Positions 1-8,385 of a stretch of 64,000 nt of DNA are shown piece after piece. This DNA comes from Bdellovibrionota bacterium. Its GTDB lineage: Bacteria; Bdellovibrionota_G; JALEGL01; DATDPG01. The notes under the pieces are model-generated. The model had not been told where the DNA came from. It did not search any database and saw nothing but the letters and a program-made list of their open reading frames with translations. Location of the stretch: assembly GCA_963668355.1 (NCBI GenBank), contig OY764265.1, positions 2,624,001 through 2,688,000 on the forward strand, given 5' to 3'. Both the position numbers and the translations under genes were made by a program. Each line of letters opens with the position of its first letter. The first letter of the stretch is position 1.

Positions 1-433
1 CTGCAATCGTGTTTTCCAAACGATCCGTTCGATCATCCAAGGTTCGTTGAATGTGACCAAATTGAGGGGACCACTCCATTTGAGCGGCTTTAAATTCAGT
101 GGAGATTGCGTTGCCCGACCCCTCTACCATTGTGGCAATGGTCGTCAGCGCCTTATCCAAGCGGTCTTCTAAATCAGAAAAATCTCGATGGAGGCCATCT
201 CCGAGATAGTCGCCAAAATCTTTCAAGTCTTCATTGATGCTTTGGTCGAAGAGATTGAGCTTCTGAGAAATCTCCGTTTCCTCTGAATTTTGAGATTCCA
301 GCCAACGGTCTGAACATTTCTGGCTGCAAAAAATGTGATGATGTTCCTTGAGTTGACAGGCCGGACAAATCGGGGCCTTACACTCGAAGCATCGTCTTCG
401 AGCCGTGATTTCGGGATGATTTTTACATTCCAT
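1..433 (-). CDS. B-box zinc-finger protein with helical region (3' end runs off the window)
   Basis: Not in the ORF track. Manual translation from ATG at 433 gives MECKNHPEITARRRCFECKAPICPACQLKEHHHIFCSQKC, a CxxH-CxxC-CxxC B-box pattern, open to position 1. Confidence 0.75.
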   Translation of the reverse strand, partial: MECKNHPEITARRRCFECKAPICPACQLKEHHHIFCSQKCSDRWLESQNSEETEISQKLNLFDQSINEDLKDFGDYLGDGLHRDFSDLEDRLDKALTTIATMVEGSGNAISTEFKAAQMEWSPQFGHIQRTLDDRTDRLENTIA

Positions 434-557
434 CTTTGAGGGTCAAGTGTACGAGATCACGTCAGTTTTGGAAACCAAACAAAAACGCTATCCGTCACCC
501 CTCCCGCAACCGCAGGTCGAGCCATTCAACGAAGAAAGCTAAAACACGCGTCTGTGT

Positions 558-1877
558 TTAATCGTAATACTCGTTACCCAAGTGATGAATCAGATCCTCA
601 CCTTGAGTCCACCTCAATGTGTTCTTGAGTTTCATCATCTGAATGAAGAGATCATGCTCAGGGTACAGCCCTTCCGCATGCATCGGGCTCTTGAAATAGA
701 ATGACAACCACTCTTGAATGCCTTTGAATCCACAACGATTGGCATAGTCCATAAAGAGTGCGAGGTCTAAAACGACCGGCGCAGCCAAAATGGAATCCTT
801 GCAAAGGAAGTTCACTTTGATCTGCATCTTGTAATTCATCCAACCGACGATATCGATGTTGTCCCAACTCTCTTTGTTGTCACCCCGAGGCGGATAGTAG
901 TTGATTCGAACCTTGTGATAGAGATCCTTATAAAGCTGTGGGTAATTGTGAGGCTCAAGAATATGTTCCAAGACGGAAAGTTTGGACTCTTCTTTGGTTT
1001 TGAAGTTTTCCGGAGCATCCAACACTTCGCCATCTCGGTTTCCCAAGATATTGGTGGAGAACCAACCATCTACGCCAATCATTCGGGCCTTCAAACCAGG
1101 TGCAATGATCGTTTTCATCAAGGTTTGACCGGTTTTAAAATCTTTTCCCGCGATGGGAACACCTTTTTCTTTGGCCAATTGAATGATCGCCGGAATATCC
1201 ACAGTTAAATTGGGAGCTCCGTTGGCATATGGTACGCCCGACTGAATGGCGGCATACGCATAAATCATGCTGGGAGCAATGGCTGGGTCATTTTCTTTAA
1301 GACCTTTTTCGAATGACTCGATGGTCATATGAACGGCACTCGGTTGAATATAGGCTTCGGTTGATCCACACCAAACCATGACCATTCGTTCCACGCCCTT
1401 TTCTTCTTTAAAGCGGGCCATGTCATCCATGAGTTGACGGGCCAAATCCATTTTGGTTTTGCCCTCTTTGATGTACGTGCCATTGAGTCTGGAGACATAC
1501 TTGGGATCAAAAACGGCTTTCATGGGTTTGATGTCCTGAATCTCGTCTTTAACCTTGTCAACCATGTCGCCAAAGATAACATGATTGTTCTTGGCGACGT
1601 CGTAACAACTGTCTTCAAAGATGTCCCAACAACCGAATTCAATATCCTTGAGATTGGCCAGAGACACAAAATCGCGAATCAAGGGTGTTCGCTTTTCGGT
1701 TCTTTTTCCTAATCGGATATGCCCCATTTGTGTGAGAGACCCGATGGGCTCGGCCAACCCTTTCTGCATCGCCTTGACACCTACCATAAATGTGGTGCTT
1801 ACGGCCCCCAGTCCGGGAGTCAAAATGCCAAGTTTGCCTTTTGTGGGTTCAACGGAAATCTTGTTGTGATGGGACAT
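558..1877 (-). CDS. ino1: myo-inositol-1-phosphate synthase
   Basis: GLGAVSTT Rossmann motif, GKDFKTGQT, NILGNRDG, GDNKE and CKDSILAAP motifs; GGAGG RBS upstream. Confidence 0.95.
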   Translation of the reverse strand: MSHHNKISVEPTKGKLGILTPGLGAVSTTFMVGVKAMQKGLAEPIGSLTQMGHIRLGKRTEKRTPLIRDFVSLANLKDIEFGCWDIFEDSCYDVAKNNHVIFGDMVDKVKDEIQDIKPMKAVFDPKYVSRLNGTYIKEGKTKMDLARQLMDDMARFKEEKGVERMVMVWCGSTEAYIQPSAVHMTIESFEKGLKENDPAIAPSMIYAYAAIQSGVPYANGAPNLTVDIPAIIQLAKEKGVPIAGKDFKTGQTLMKTIIAPGLKARMIGVDGWFSTNILGNRDGEVLDAPENFKTKEESKLSVLEHILEPHNYPQLYKDLYHKVRINYYPPRGDNKESWDNIDIVGWMNYKMQIKVNFLCKDSILAAPVVLDLALFMDYANRCGFKGIQEWLSFYFKSPMHAEGLYPEHDLFIQMMKLKNTLRWTQGEDLIHHLGNEYYD

Positions 1878-1972
1878 TTAAAATACCTCCATAAAGAAGA
1901 TCAATTTACGCTAACATCTGGGTCGCCGTCATATACCTCTCCCTGCCCCTTGTCCATGAGGATTTTTTCGGC

Positions 1973-3538
1973 TCAATCTGAGCCCAGGGAGTGGCAACCC
2001 CGGTTGCTGTGGTTTCTTTGGGCGGCCGTTAAAATCAATTGAGCCGTCAAGGAGCCATTTCTCAACCCAATGAGTTCGTCGGAAAGGGATGAATTGGCAT
2101 AGAAGCGCCGGACCTCCTCAGAAAGTCCCCTCAAGATTCTCTGGGCTCGTTCCAAGCGTTTTTTCGTTCGAACCAGCCCCACATAGTTCCACATCGTGTG
2201 TTTGATCGTGAGCCAATCTTGAAAAAGAAGGTCCATATCCACACGTTCCTTTTTGGACTCCCAAGGCCGAATCTTTGGAAACGCATACGTCTCTTTACTC
2301 AAGGAACGCACAATGCCCTCTCCAGCTCGAACGCCAAATACCAAACCATCCAGTAACGAAGTACTGGCCAGGCGATTTGCGCCATGCAAACCGTTGCAAG
2401 CCACCTCCCCGACCGCCCATAAATTCTGAATCGTGGTTTGTCCTTCCAAATTCGTCCACACGCCCCCGCAGGAATAGTGGGCTGCCGGAACGACCGGAAT
2501 GGGTTCCTGAGTGATGTCCACGCCATGATCCAAACACTCGCGATGAATTTTTGGGAAACGGGCCCGTATCCAATCGGATGGTTTATGGGAGATATCCAAG
2601 AGAACAAACTCAGAATTGGTGCGAAGAAGTTCGTCATGAATGGCTCTGGCCACAATGTCTCTTGGCGCCAACTCTTTACGCTCATCATAGTTTTCCATGA
2701 ACGGATGTCCGTCGTGGTTCAAAAGGATGCCGCCTTCACCTCGAACAGCCTCCGAAATCAAAAATCGCTTGGAACTTTTCCGAAGAAACAATGCGGTGGG
2801 ATGAAATTGAACGTACTCCAGGTTCATGATTCGAGCGCCGGTTCGATAAGCCATGGCCAAACCATCTCCCCTGGCACCCGAAGGGTTTGTCGTATGAAGG
2901 AAAAGACATCCCAAGCCTCCGGTAGCTAAAACGGTCTCTTTCGCTAAAATCGTTTCAACCAAACCCTCTTTTTGGTTGTAAATGTAGGCTCCCAAACATC
3001 GACCTGCCTCATACCGATCCGCGAGGTCTTCCGAGTGATGTGCCAGAGTGATGAGGTCGATGGCCGTTCGCTGCGTTAGGATTTCAACATTGGCTTGTTT
3101 GGAGAGAAACGCGAGAAAGAAGCGTTCAATTTCTTTTCCCGTATGATCCTCCACATGCAAAATTCGCGGATGGGAGTGTGCCCCTTCAGAGGTCAATCTC
3201 CATTCTCCACTGTCCTTGCGATCAAAAGGCACTTCCAATTGTTCAATCAGGATTTCGTTGACTCGTTGAGGTCCTTCATCCGCAAGAATTTGGGCCGCTG
3301 GTTTAAACGATAGTCCTGCACCAGCTCTTTCGATATCTTGGATCAAAGATTCGGGGTCCTCGGTCCCTTTGGATTTGTAAATGATTCCACCTTGGGCCCA
3401 GGCCGTGGCGGATTTTTCGCGTTTTTCAGCTCGGGAAATCATGACCACATGCTTCCCTTTCTTGGCCAGCGCGTAAGCCGTTGCGCATCCCGCGATTCCG
3501 GTTCCAATCACAAGGCAGTCAATGGTTCTCGTTCTCAT
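1973..3538 (-). CDS. nadB: L-aspartate oxidase
   Basis: GTGIAG FAD motif, AQGGI, EGAHS, QFHPT, LISEAVRGEG, HGANRLAS; adjacent to nadC. Confidence 0.93.
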   Translation of the reverse strand: MRTRTIDCLVIGTGIAGCATAYALAKKGKHVVMISRAEKREKSATAWAQGGIIYKSKGTEDPESLIQDIERAGAGLSFKPAAQILADEGPQRVNEILIEQLEVPFDRKDSGEWRLTSEGAHSHPRILHVEDHTGKEIERFFLAFLSKQANVEILTQRTAIDLITLAHHSEDLADRYEAGRCLGAYIYNQKEGLVETILAKETVLATGGLGCLFLHTTNPSGARGDGLAMAYRTGARIMNLEYVQFHPTALFLRKSSKRFLISEAVRGEGGILLNHDGHPFMENYDERKELAPRDIVARAIHDELLRTNSEFVLLDISHKPSDWIRARFPKIHRECLDHGVDITQEPIPVVPAAHYSCGGVWTNLEGQTTIQNLWAVGEVACNGLHGANRLASTSLLDGLVFGVRAGEGIVRSLSKETYAFPKIRPWESKKERVDMDLLFQDWLTIKHTMWNYVGLVRTKKRLERAQRILRGLSEEVRRFYANSSLSDELIGLRNGSLTAQLILTAAQRNHSNRGCHSLGSD

Positions 3539-4362
3539 ACATCCTCAATCAATAGGCTGATGTCTGCCGCTTTGGGAGAGTGGGTTAAGGCTCCGATTGA
3601 AATATAGTCCACGTTGAGTTTCGCCAATTCCCGGATGCGATCCAAATTCACGCCTCCGGACACTTCGATTTTTGCACGATTCTTTACCCTTTGGATCGCA
3701 GCACTTACCTCGCTGTTGGTCATGTTATCGAGCAGAAGATGTTCCGCTCCTGCATTTAACGCCGGTTCAATTTGCGAAAGCTTGGCAATTTCCACGATAA
3801 CTTTTTTATTGGGATGAGACGTTTTGGCCTTTTGAATCGCCAATTCAATGGAGCCATGAAGAGCGGAGATGTGGTTATCCTTGATCATGATGGCGTCATA
3901 CAAGCCAAACCGATGATTTACGCCTCCACCCTTTCGAACCGCATATTTATCCAGATGCCGATACATCGGGAGGGTTTTTCGAGTGTCCAAAATCTGGGTA
4001 GGAGTCCCCTCGGTCTCTCGAACAAATTTTCGTGTGAGTGTTGCGACGCCCGACATTCGTTGCAGAAAATTCAAGGCGGTACGTTCAGCGGCCAACAATT
4101 TGGAAAGCTTTCCTTCGATATCCATGATCTTGCCTCCTGAAGGCACTTCATCCCCATCAAAGGCATGAGACACGAACTTTACCCGAGGATCCATTTGGGA
4201 AAATGTAGCGCACGCCACACCCAACCCGCATACCACCAACTCCTCCTTCGCCACAAGTGTGGCCTTGCCAAGGGCATCCGGAGGAACGATAGATTCTGTG
4301 GTGATGTCTCCATCACGAAGGTCTTCGCGCAGAGCGCGCTTAATCATGTCGCTTGTGAACAC
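3535..4362 (-). CDS. nadC: nicotinate-nucleotide pyrophosphorylase (quinolinate phosphoribosyltransferase)
   Basis: ED..GDIT, ERTALN, DTRKT, HRFGL, IKDNH, LLDNM, SGGV and SIGALTHS motifs. Confidence 0.95.
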   Translation of the reverse strand: MFTSDMIKRALREDLRDGDITTESIVPPDALGKATLVAKEELVVCGLGVACATFSQMDPRVKFVSHAFDGDEVPSGGKIMDIEGKLSKLLAAERTALNFLQRMSGVATLTRKFVRETEGTPTQILDTRKTLPMYRHLDKYAVRKGGGVNHRFGLYDAIMIKDNHISALHGSIELAIQKAKTSHPNKKVIVEIAKLSQIEPALNAGAEHLLLDNMTNSEVSAAIQRVKNRAKIEVSGGVNLDRIRELAKLNVDYISIGALTHSPKAADISLLIEDV

Positions 4363-4374
4363 GGTCCGAAAGTT

Positions 4375-5100
4375 CTAACTCAGTGGGATTTCATCTTCAA
4401 GGATCCATTTTCCAACACGGATATGAACCACAATGGAGTCGCCTTTGGGGTCGTTCTCAGGGCGTCGTTTCCCCTTTTTAAACGTCACACTTTTTTCGAA
4501 CCGCTTATTTCCCAAAGAGAGAGAAAGGTCCAATTTGGGAGGTTGAAGGGTTTCTCTTTTTTCCTTTTCCGATCGTTTGGCTCGAATTTTATCCAATACC
4601 TTTTGCTTAAGTTCCTCACTGGCCATGTTCACCGTTTGATCCAGACGCCACTCCTCTTCTTCTTCGTCTGTCATGGCCAAGTGCTCTTGACGGTCCGCAA
4701 ATTTGACGGAAGCCGAGGCTTCCACAATTTGAAGAGAAATCTTTCCAATTCGAATGATATCCCCCAAAACTAGTACTTTTTCTTTAATTTTTTTCCCATT
4801 CACAAACGTACCGTTTTGGCTTTCTTGATCTTCCAAACGAAATTGATCGTTTTCGTGAATGATCCGAGCATGGGATCGAGAGGCCTGTTCATCGTCAATG
4901 ACGACATGGTTTTCGGGCATGCGTCCAATGTAGGTGATGTCGGACTCCAAACGAATGGTTTGGAGCAAGGAGGGCCCTTGCATCAATTGTAGAGCCCAAG
5001 GAACGCTCTCGTCATCATCATTATCATTTGCAATGGTTTCCCAAACATCCTGATGTTCATCCGAAGTCATGGAAGCATTATAGGCGGTTTCGGATTTCAC
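4375..5100 (-). CDS. FHA domain-containing protein (start may be ATG 5070)
   Basis: IGR...SRSHA...D.ESQNGTFVNG FHA signature, followed by a charged C-terminal region. Confidence 0.85.
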   Translation of the reverse strand: MKSETAYNASMTSDEHQDVWETIANDNDDDESVPWALQLMQGPSLLQTIRLESDITYIGRMPENHVVIDDEQASRSHARIIHENDQFRLEDQESQNGTFVNGKKIKEKVLVLGDIIRIGKISLQIVEASASVKFADRQEHLAMTDEEEEEWRLDQTVNMASEELKQKVLDKIRAKRSEKEKRETLQPPKLDLSLSLGNKRFEKSVTFKKGKRRPENDPKGDSIVVHIRVGKWILEDEIPLS

Positions 5101-6834
5101 TCACAGGAAAAGTGCCCCTGGATAGTCAGTCTTTTCAATGGATTTTTCCGACAAAGTTTTGAGATGGTCGTCACTATTCCGATCCATTAACCGAAAATTT
5201 CTCCCGATTCTCCGATGGGCCTCCTCACAACAAGCCCTGGCCGCGGACAACTCGACCACCGAATGTTCCGGTCCTTTTTCCGTTAGAGCATTCGTAGCAC
5301 GAGAAATCACTGAAACCATTCGATATAGATCCAATGCAATTTCGGTGAGTCGTCCAAGTGCAAATTGCGCTGTCATAATGTTCTTCCGATGTTTTCGAAG
5401 GGCTTTTTCCACAACTTCGGCAAATTCTTGAACATCTTCTTCAAATAGTCCGGCTTCTCGTTTGAGTTCAGGGTGAGCTTTATTCAGTTTATCGCCATAG
5501 AGGGAACGTTGAATTTTTTGAGTGACAAAAAAGTCATAAAGAACCCCAAGGGATTTGATGGGATCGTTCAAAGCTTTTCCGACGATTTTCAAACGTTCTC
5601 CAACCCCTTTTATGCCTGAAAGAGCAATGAATAATGTAAGAATTTCGTTGGTCCCCTCGAAGATTAAGTTGATTCGCGCATCGCGAAGCCATCGCTCATA
5701 AGGGTACTCCTGCATGTATCCATTCCCCCCCGCCACTTGAACGGCATGATTGGCTGTACTCCAAATGGAGCGAGATCCGTCGATTTTTGACATGGCTGAC
5801 TCCAGGGAGAAATCAGGAACCCCCGCATCCACCAAACCACACGTTAGATAGGCTACGGACTCGGTTACGAAGGTGTCCAATGCCATCCGCCCCAATTTTT
5901 CCTGAATCAAACCAAAATTCGAAATGGATTGACCAAACTGCTTTCTTTCTGTGGCTTGCCGGGTGGCCTGAGCCAAAACTCCCTTCGAAGAACCGACACA
6001 AGCTGTTGCCAGGCCTAGCCTTCCGGAATTCAGCACTTCCATGGCAATTTTAAAGCCCTTTCCTTTTTCCCCGAGCATGTTTTCCGCGGGAACCCGAACC
6101 TGATTGAAAGCCAATTCGGTGGTATTGGAACCGCGAATCCCCATTTTATGTTCGGGTTTTCCGGACGAAAAACCTTCCATATCCCTCGTGACGATGAAGG
6201 CAGATATTTGATCCTTCTTACCGTCTTTTGAATCCGTCTCCGTTTTGGCAAAGACCGTGAAAAAATCGGCAATCCCTCCATTTGTGATCCAAATTTTGTT
6301 TCCACTCAATGAATACGATCCATCAGAATTCTTTTCGGCTCGGGTTTTTATGGAGTAGGCATCTGACCCAGAGCCTGGTTCCGTGAGAGCAAAACCGGCC
6401 AACATTTCCCCCGTTACCAATTTGGGCAAGAATTCTTCTTTCTGCGCGTCGGTTCCAAAAAGAAGGAGCGCTTTCATTCCGATGGACATATGAGCCCCAA
6501 GCGTGGTGGCTACGGAAGAATCGATTCTGCCCACCTCTTCAAAAACTCGCCCGTAGGCGTACTGACTTAAGCCCAAGCCCCCATAGGATTCGGGAACCTG
6601 AAGCCCAAAGATTCCCATTTCTTTCAACCCCATCATGACATCCTCCGGAATTTCAGAGTTGGAATCAATTTGGGCTGAGTCGATGTGATCCGAGGCAAAC
6701 TTTTTTAAATTCTCAAGAATCAACCGAAGCATCTCCCCCTCATCTTCACTGGGCGAGGGAAAGGGGAAAATCATTTCTTCCTCAATTTTTCCAGCGAACA
6801 TGGATTTGGCGAAACTCTTCGGTGCGTTGCTCAT
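5101..6834 (-). CDS. acyl-CoA dehydrogenase, ACAD9/VLCAD-like long form
   Basis: FALTEPGSGSD, GNKIWITNG, KMGIRGS, RKQFG, GGNGY and IFEGTNEI (catalytic Glu); C-terminal extension. Confidence 0.92.
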   Translation of the reverse strand: MSNAPKSFAKSMFAGKIEEEMIFPFPSPSEDEGEMLRLILENLKKFASDHIDSAQIDSNSEIPEDVMMGLKEMGIFGLQVPESYGGLGLSQYAYGRVFEEVGRIDSSVATTLGAHMSIGMKALLLFGTDAQKEEFLPKLVTGEMLAGFALTEPGSGSDAYSIKTRAEKNSDGSYSLSGNKIWITNGGIADFFTVFAKTETDSKDGKKDQISAFIVTRDMEGFSSGKPEHKMGIRGSNTTELAFNQVRVPAENMLGEKGKGFKIAMEVLNSGRLGLATACVGSSKGVLAQATRQATERKQFGQSISNFGLIQEKLGRMALDTFVTESVAYLTCGLVDAGVPDFSLESAMSKIDGSRSIWSTANHAVQVAGGNGYMQEYPYERWLRDARINLIFEGTNEILTLFIALSGIKGVGERLKIVGKALNDPIKSLGVLYDFFVTQKIQRSLYGDKLNKAHPELKREAGLFEEDVQEFAEVVEKALRKHRKNIMTAQFALGRLTEIALDLYRMVSVISRATNALTEKGPEHSVVELSAARACCEEAHRRIGRNFRLMDRNSDDHLKTLSEKSIEKTDYPGALFL

Positions 6835-7082
6835 TGTGAAGCCTCTCTGAAGGAATTTTGACCTCTTTATTATGAGGGGAAATTCCCCACATGGGAAATC
6901 AAAAGCCTACACTTTCTCGAAGGAAGGAAATTCTTTTTTTCAATGAAACCAGAGGTTTAACTCGTTGCTTCCCCTCGCCTTCCTCTTTCCGGATCTTCTC
7001 TTTCATCGATCCTACTTTTGCGTCTCACGTCCCAGGTGCATTTGTTCTTTCTTTCTGGAAGGCCTTGTTTATATTGGACTTT

Positions 7083-7622
7083 ATGCTCAATCCCTATTTT
7101 TGGCTCAAGAAAGAACTTGGCATTCGAAAGGCGTATCGTTCGTTTCAAAAAGGATTTACGTCTAAAGCCCTGGATACCATCGAAGAACTGCTTAGAGAAA
7201 AACCCAAGGACCTCGATTTATTGATTCAAAAAGCCTGGTGTTTAGCGGATCTCAAGGATTCTGAAAAATCCATCCCTTTTGTAAATGAACTTTTGGCCTC
7301 TCACCCGGAGAACCCCGTTTTACATCTCATCCGCGGGGAAATTCTTCACGCAGACCAAAAATATCTTGAAGCTAAGGAAAGTTTTGAACGTTCCTTGGAA
7401 ATCTCAGGGGAAAATTTGCGGGTGGAATATTGTCTGGGGCTGGTTCATGTGGCGCTAGGAAATATGGATAAGGCCAGTCAATATTTCGAATCCATTGTGA
7501 AATACGATAAGAACCTGGTTCAAAGCCGAATATTGGCGATGGCGGAAAGCGTTCTTTTAAACGCCTCAAAGAATTCGACTCAGCCAACCCCACCTTCACA
7601 GGAGCTTCCCAAACATGAATGA
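7083..7622 (+). CDS. tetratricopeptide repeat protein
   Basis: Several TPR-like helix pairs. ATG 7083 is preferred over 6891, whose upstream part reads as non-coding. Confidence 0.75.
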   Translation: MLNPYFWLKKELGIRKAYRSFQKGFTSKALDTIEELLREKPKDLDLLIQKAWCLADLKDSEKSIPFVNELLASHPENPVLHLIRGEILHADQKYLEAKESFERSLEISGENLRVEYCLGLVHVALGNMDKASQYFESIVKYDKNLVQSRILAMAESVLLNASKNSTQPTPPSQELPKHE

Positions 7623-8385
7623 AGAGCTGAAATCATTTGTAATCAATGTCTCGGAAGGGACCGAAATTTTCAAAGAAGGCGACGATGGAAACGAGATGTA
7701 TTTCATTCAGTCTGGAAAAATTCGAATTGAGAAAAACATCGACGGGAAACCGGAACGATTAGCTTTACTCGAAAAGGGAGATTTTTTTGGAGAGATGGCC
7801 ATCATTGACTCCATCCCCCGTTCAGCCTCAGCGATTGCGGATGAAGACACGAGTCTTTTGAAAATTGATGGTGGAAATTTTGGAAAAGTCCTTTCCACAA
7901 ACGTGGAGATTGTTATCCGAATCATTCGAAAATATTCGGCTCGCCTTCGAGATGCCAATGCAAAACTGGAAGCTTTGCTTTTAGACCGAAAGGAAATGGA
8001 TAAAGGCATTCAAGACATCCTTCAATCGGTCAAAAGACCTTCCTCGGAAGATACAGGGAATCCTTTGGCCGAATTGAAAATTGAGGGTTCGGACAAGACG
8101 TTTCCGATCTTTCGAGAGGCCGTTACGGTGGGACGCGAAGACCCTGTAACGGGAATCATCCCGGATGTAGATTTGACCGAACACGATGAAACCCGAAGCG
8201 TTTCCAGAAAACATGCCCGGATCATAAAAGAAAGAACGGGGTTTGTTTTGATTGAGGAAATCGGCGTGGCAAATGGAACTTTCGTAAATGACGAACGTTT
8301 GGAGCCCGGAAAATCGAAATCCATTCAAGCGGAGGATCACCTTCAATTTGGAAACATTAAATTGATCTTTCTGATGAACGCTTAA
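7615..8385 (+). CDS. cyclic-nucleotide-binding domain + FHA domain protein
   Basis: cNMP motifs IFKEGD..MYFI.SG and GDFFGEMA..PRSASA; FHA motifs VGR, SRKHA and ANGTFVN. Confidence 0.9.
   Translation: MNEELKSFVINVSEGTEIFKEGDDGNEMYFIQSGKIRIEKNIDGKPERLALLEKGDFFGEMAIIDSIPRSASAIADEDTSLLKIDGGNFGKVLSTNVEIVIRIIRKYSARLRDANAKLEALLLDRKEMDKGIQDILQSVKRPSSEDTGNPLAELKIEGSDKTFPIFREAVTVGREDPVTGIIPDVDLTEHDETRSVSRKHARIIKERTGFVLIEEIGVANGTFVNDERLEPGKSKSIQAEDHLQFGNIKLIFLMNA

Noticed and set aside
1973..4362. Absence of nadA beside nadB-nadC
   Set aside because: nadA is often encoded elsewhere; not informative from one window.
4165..4773. 202-aa plus-strand ORF
   Set aside because: Antisense to nadC and the FHA gene.
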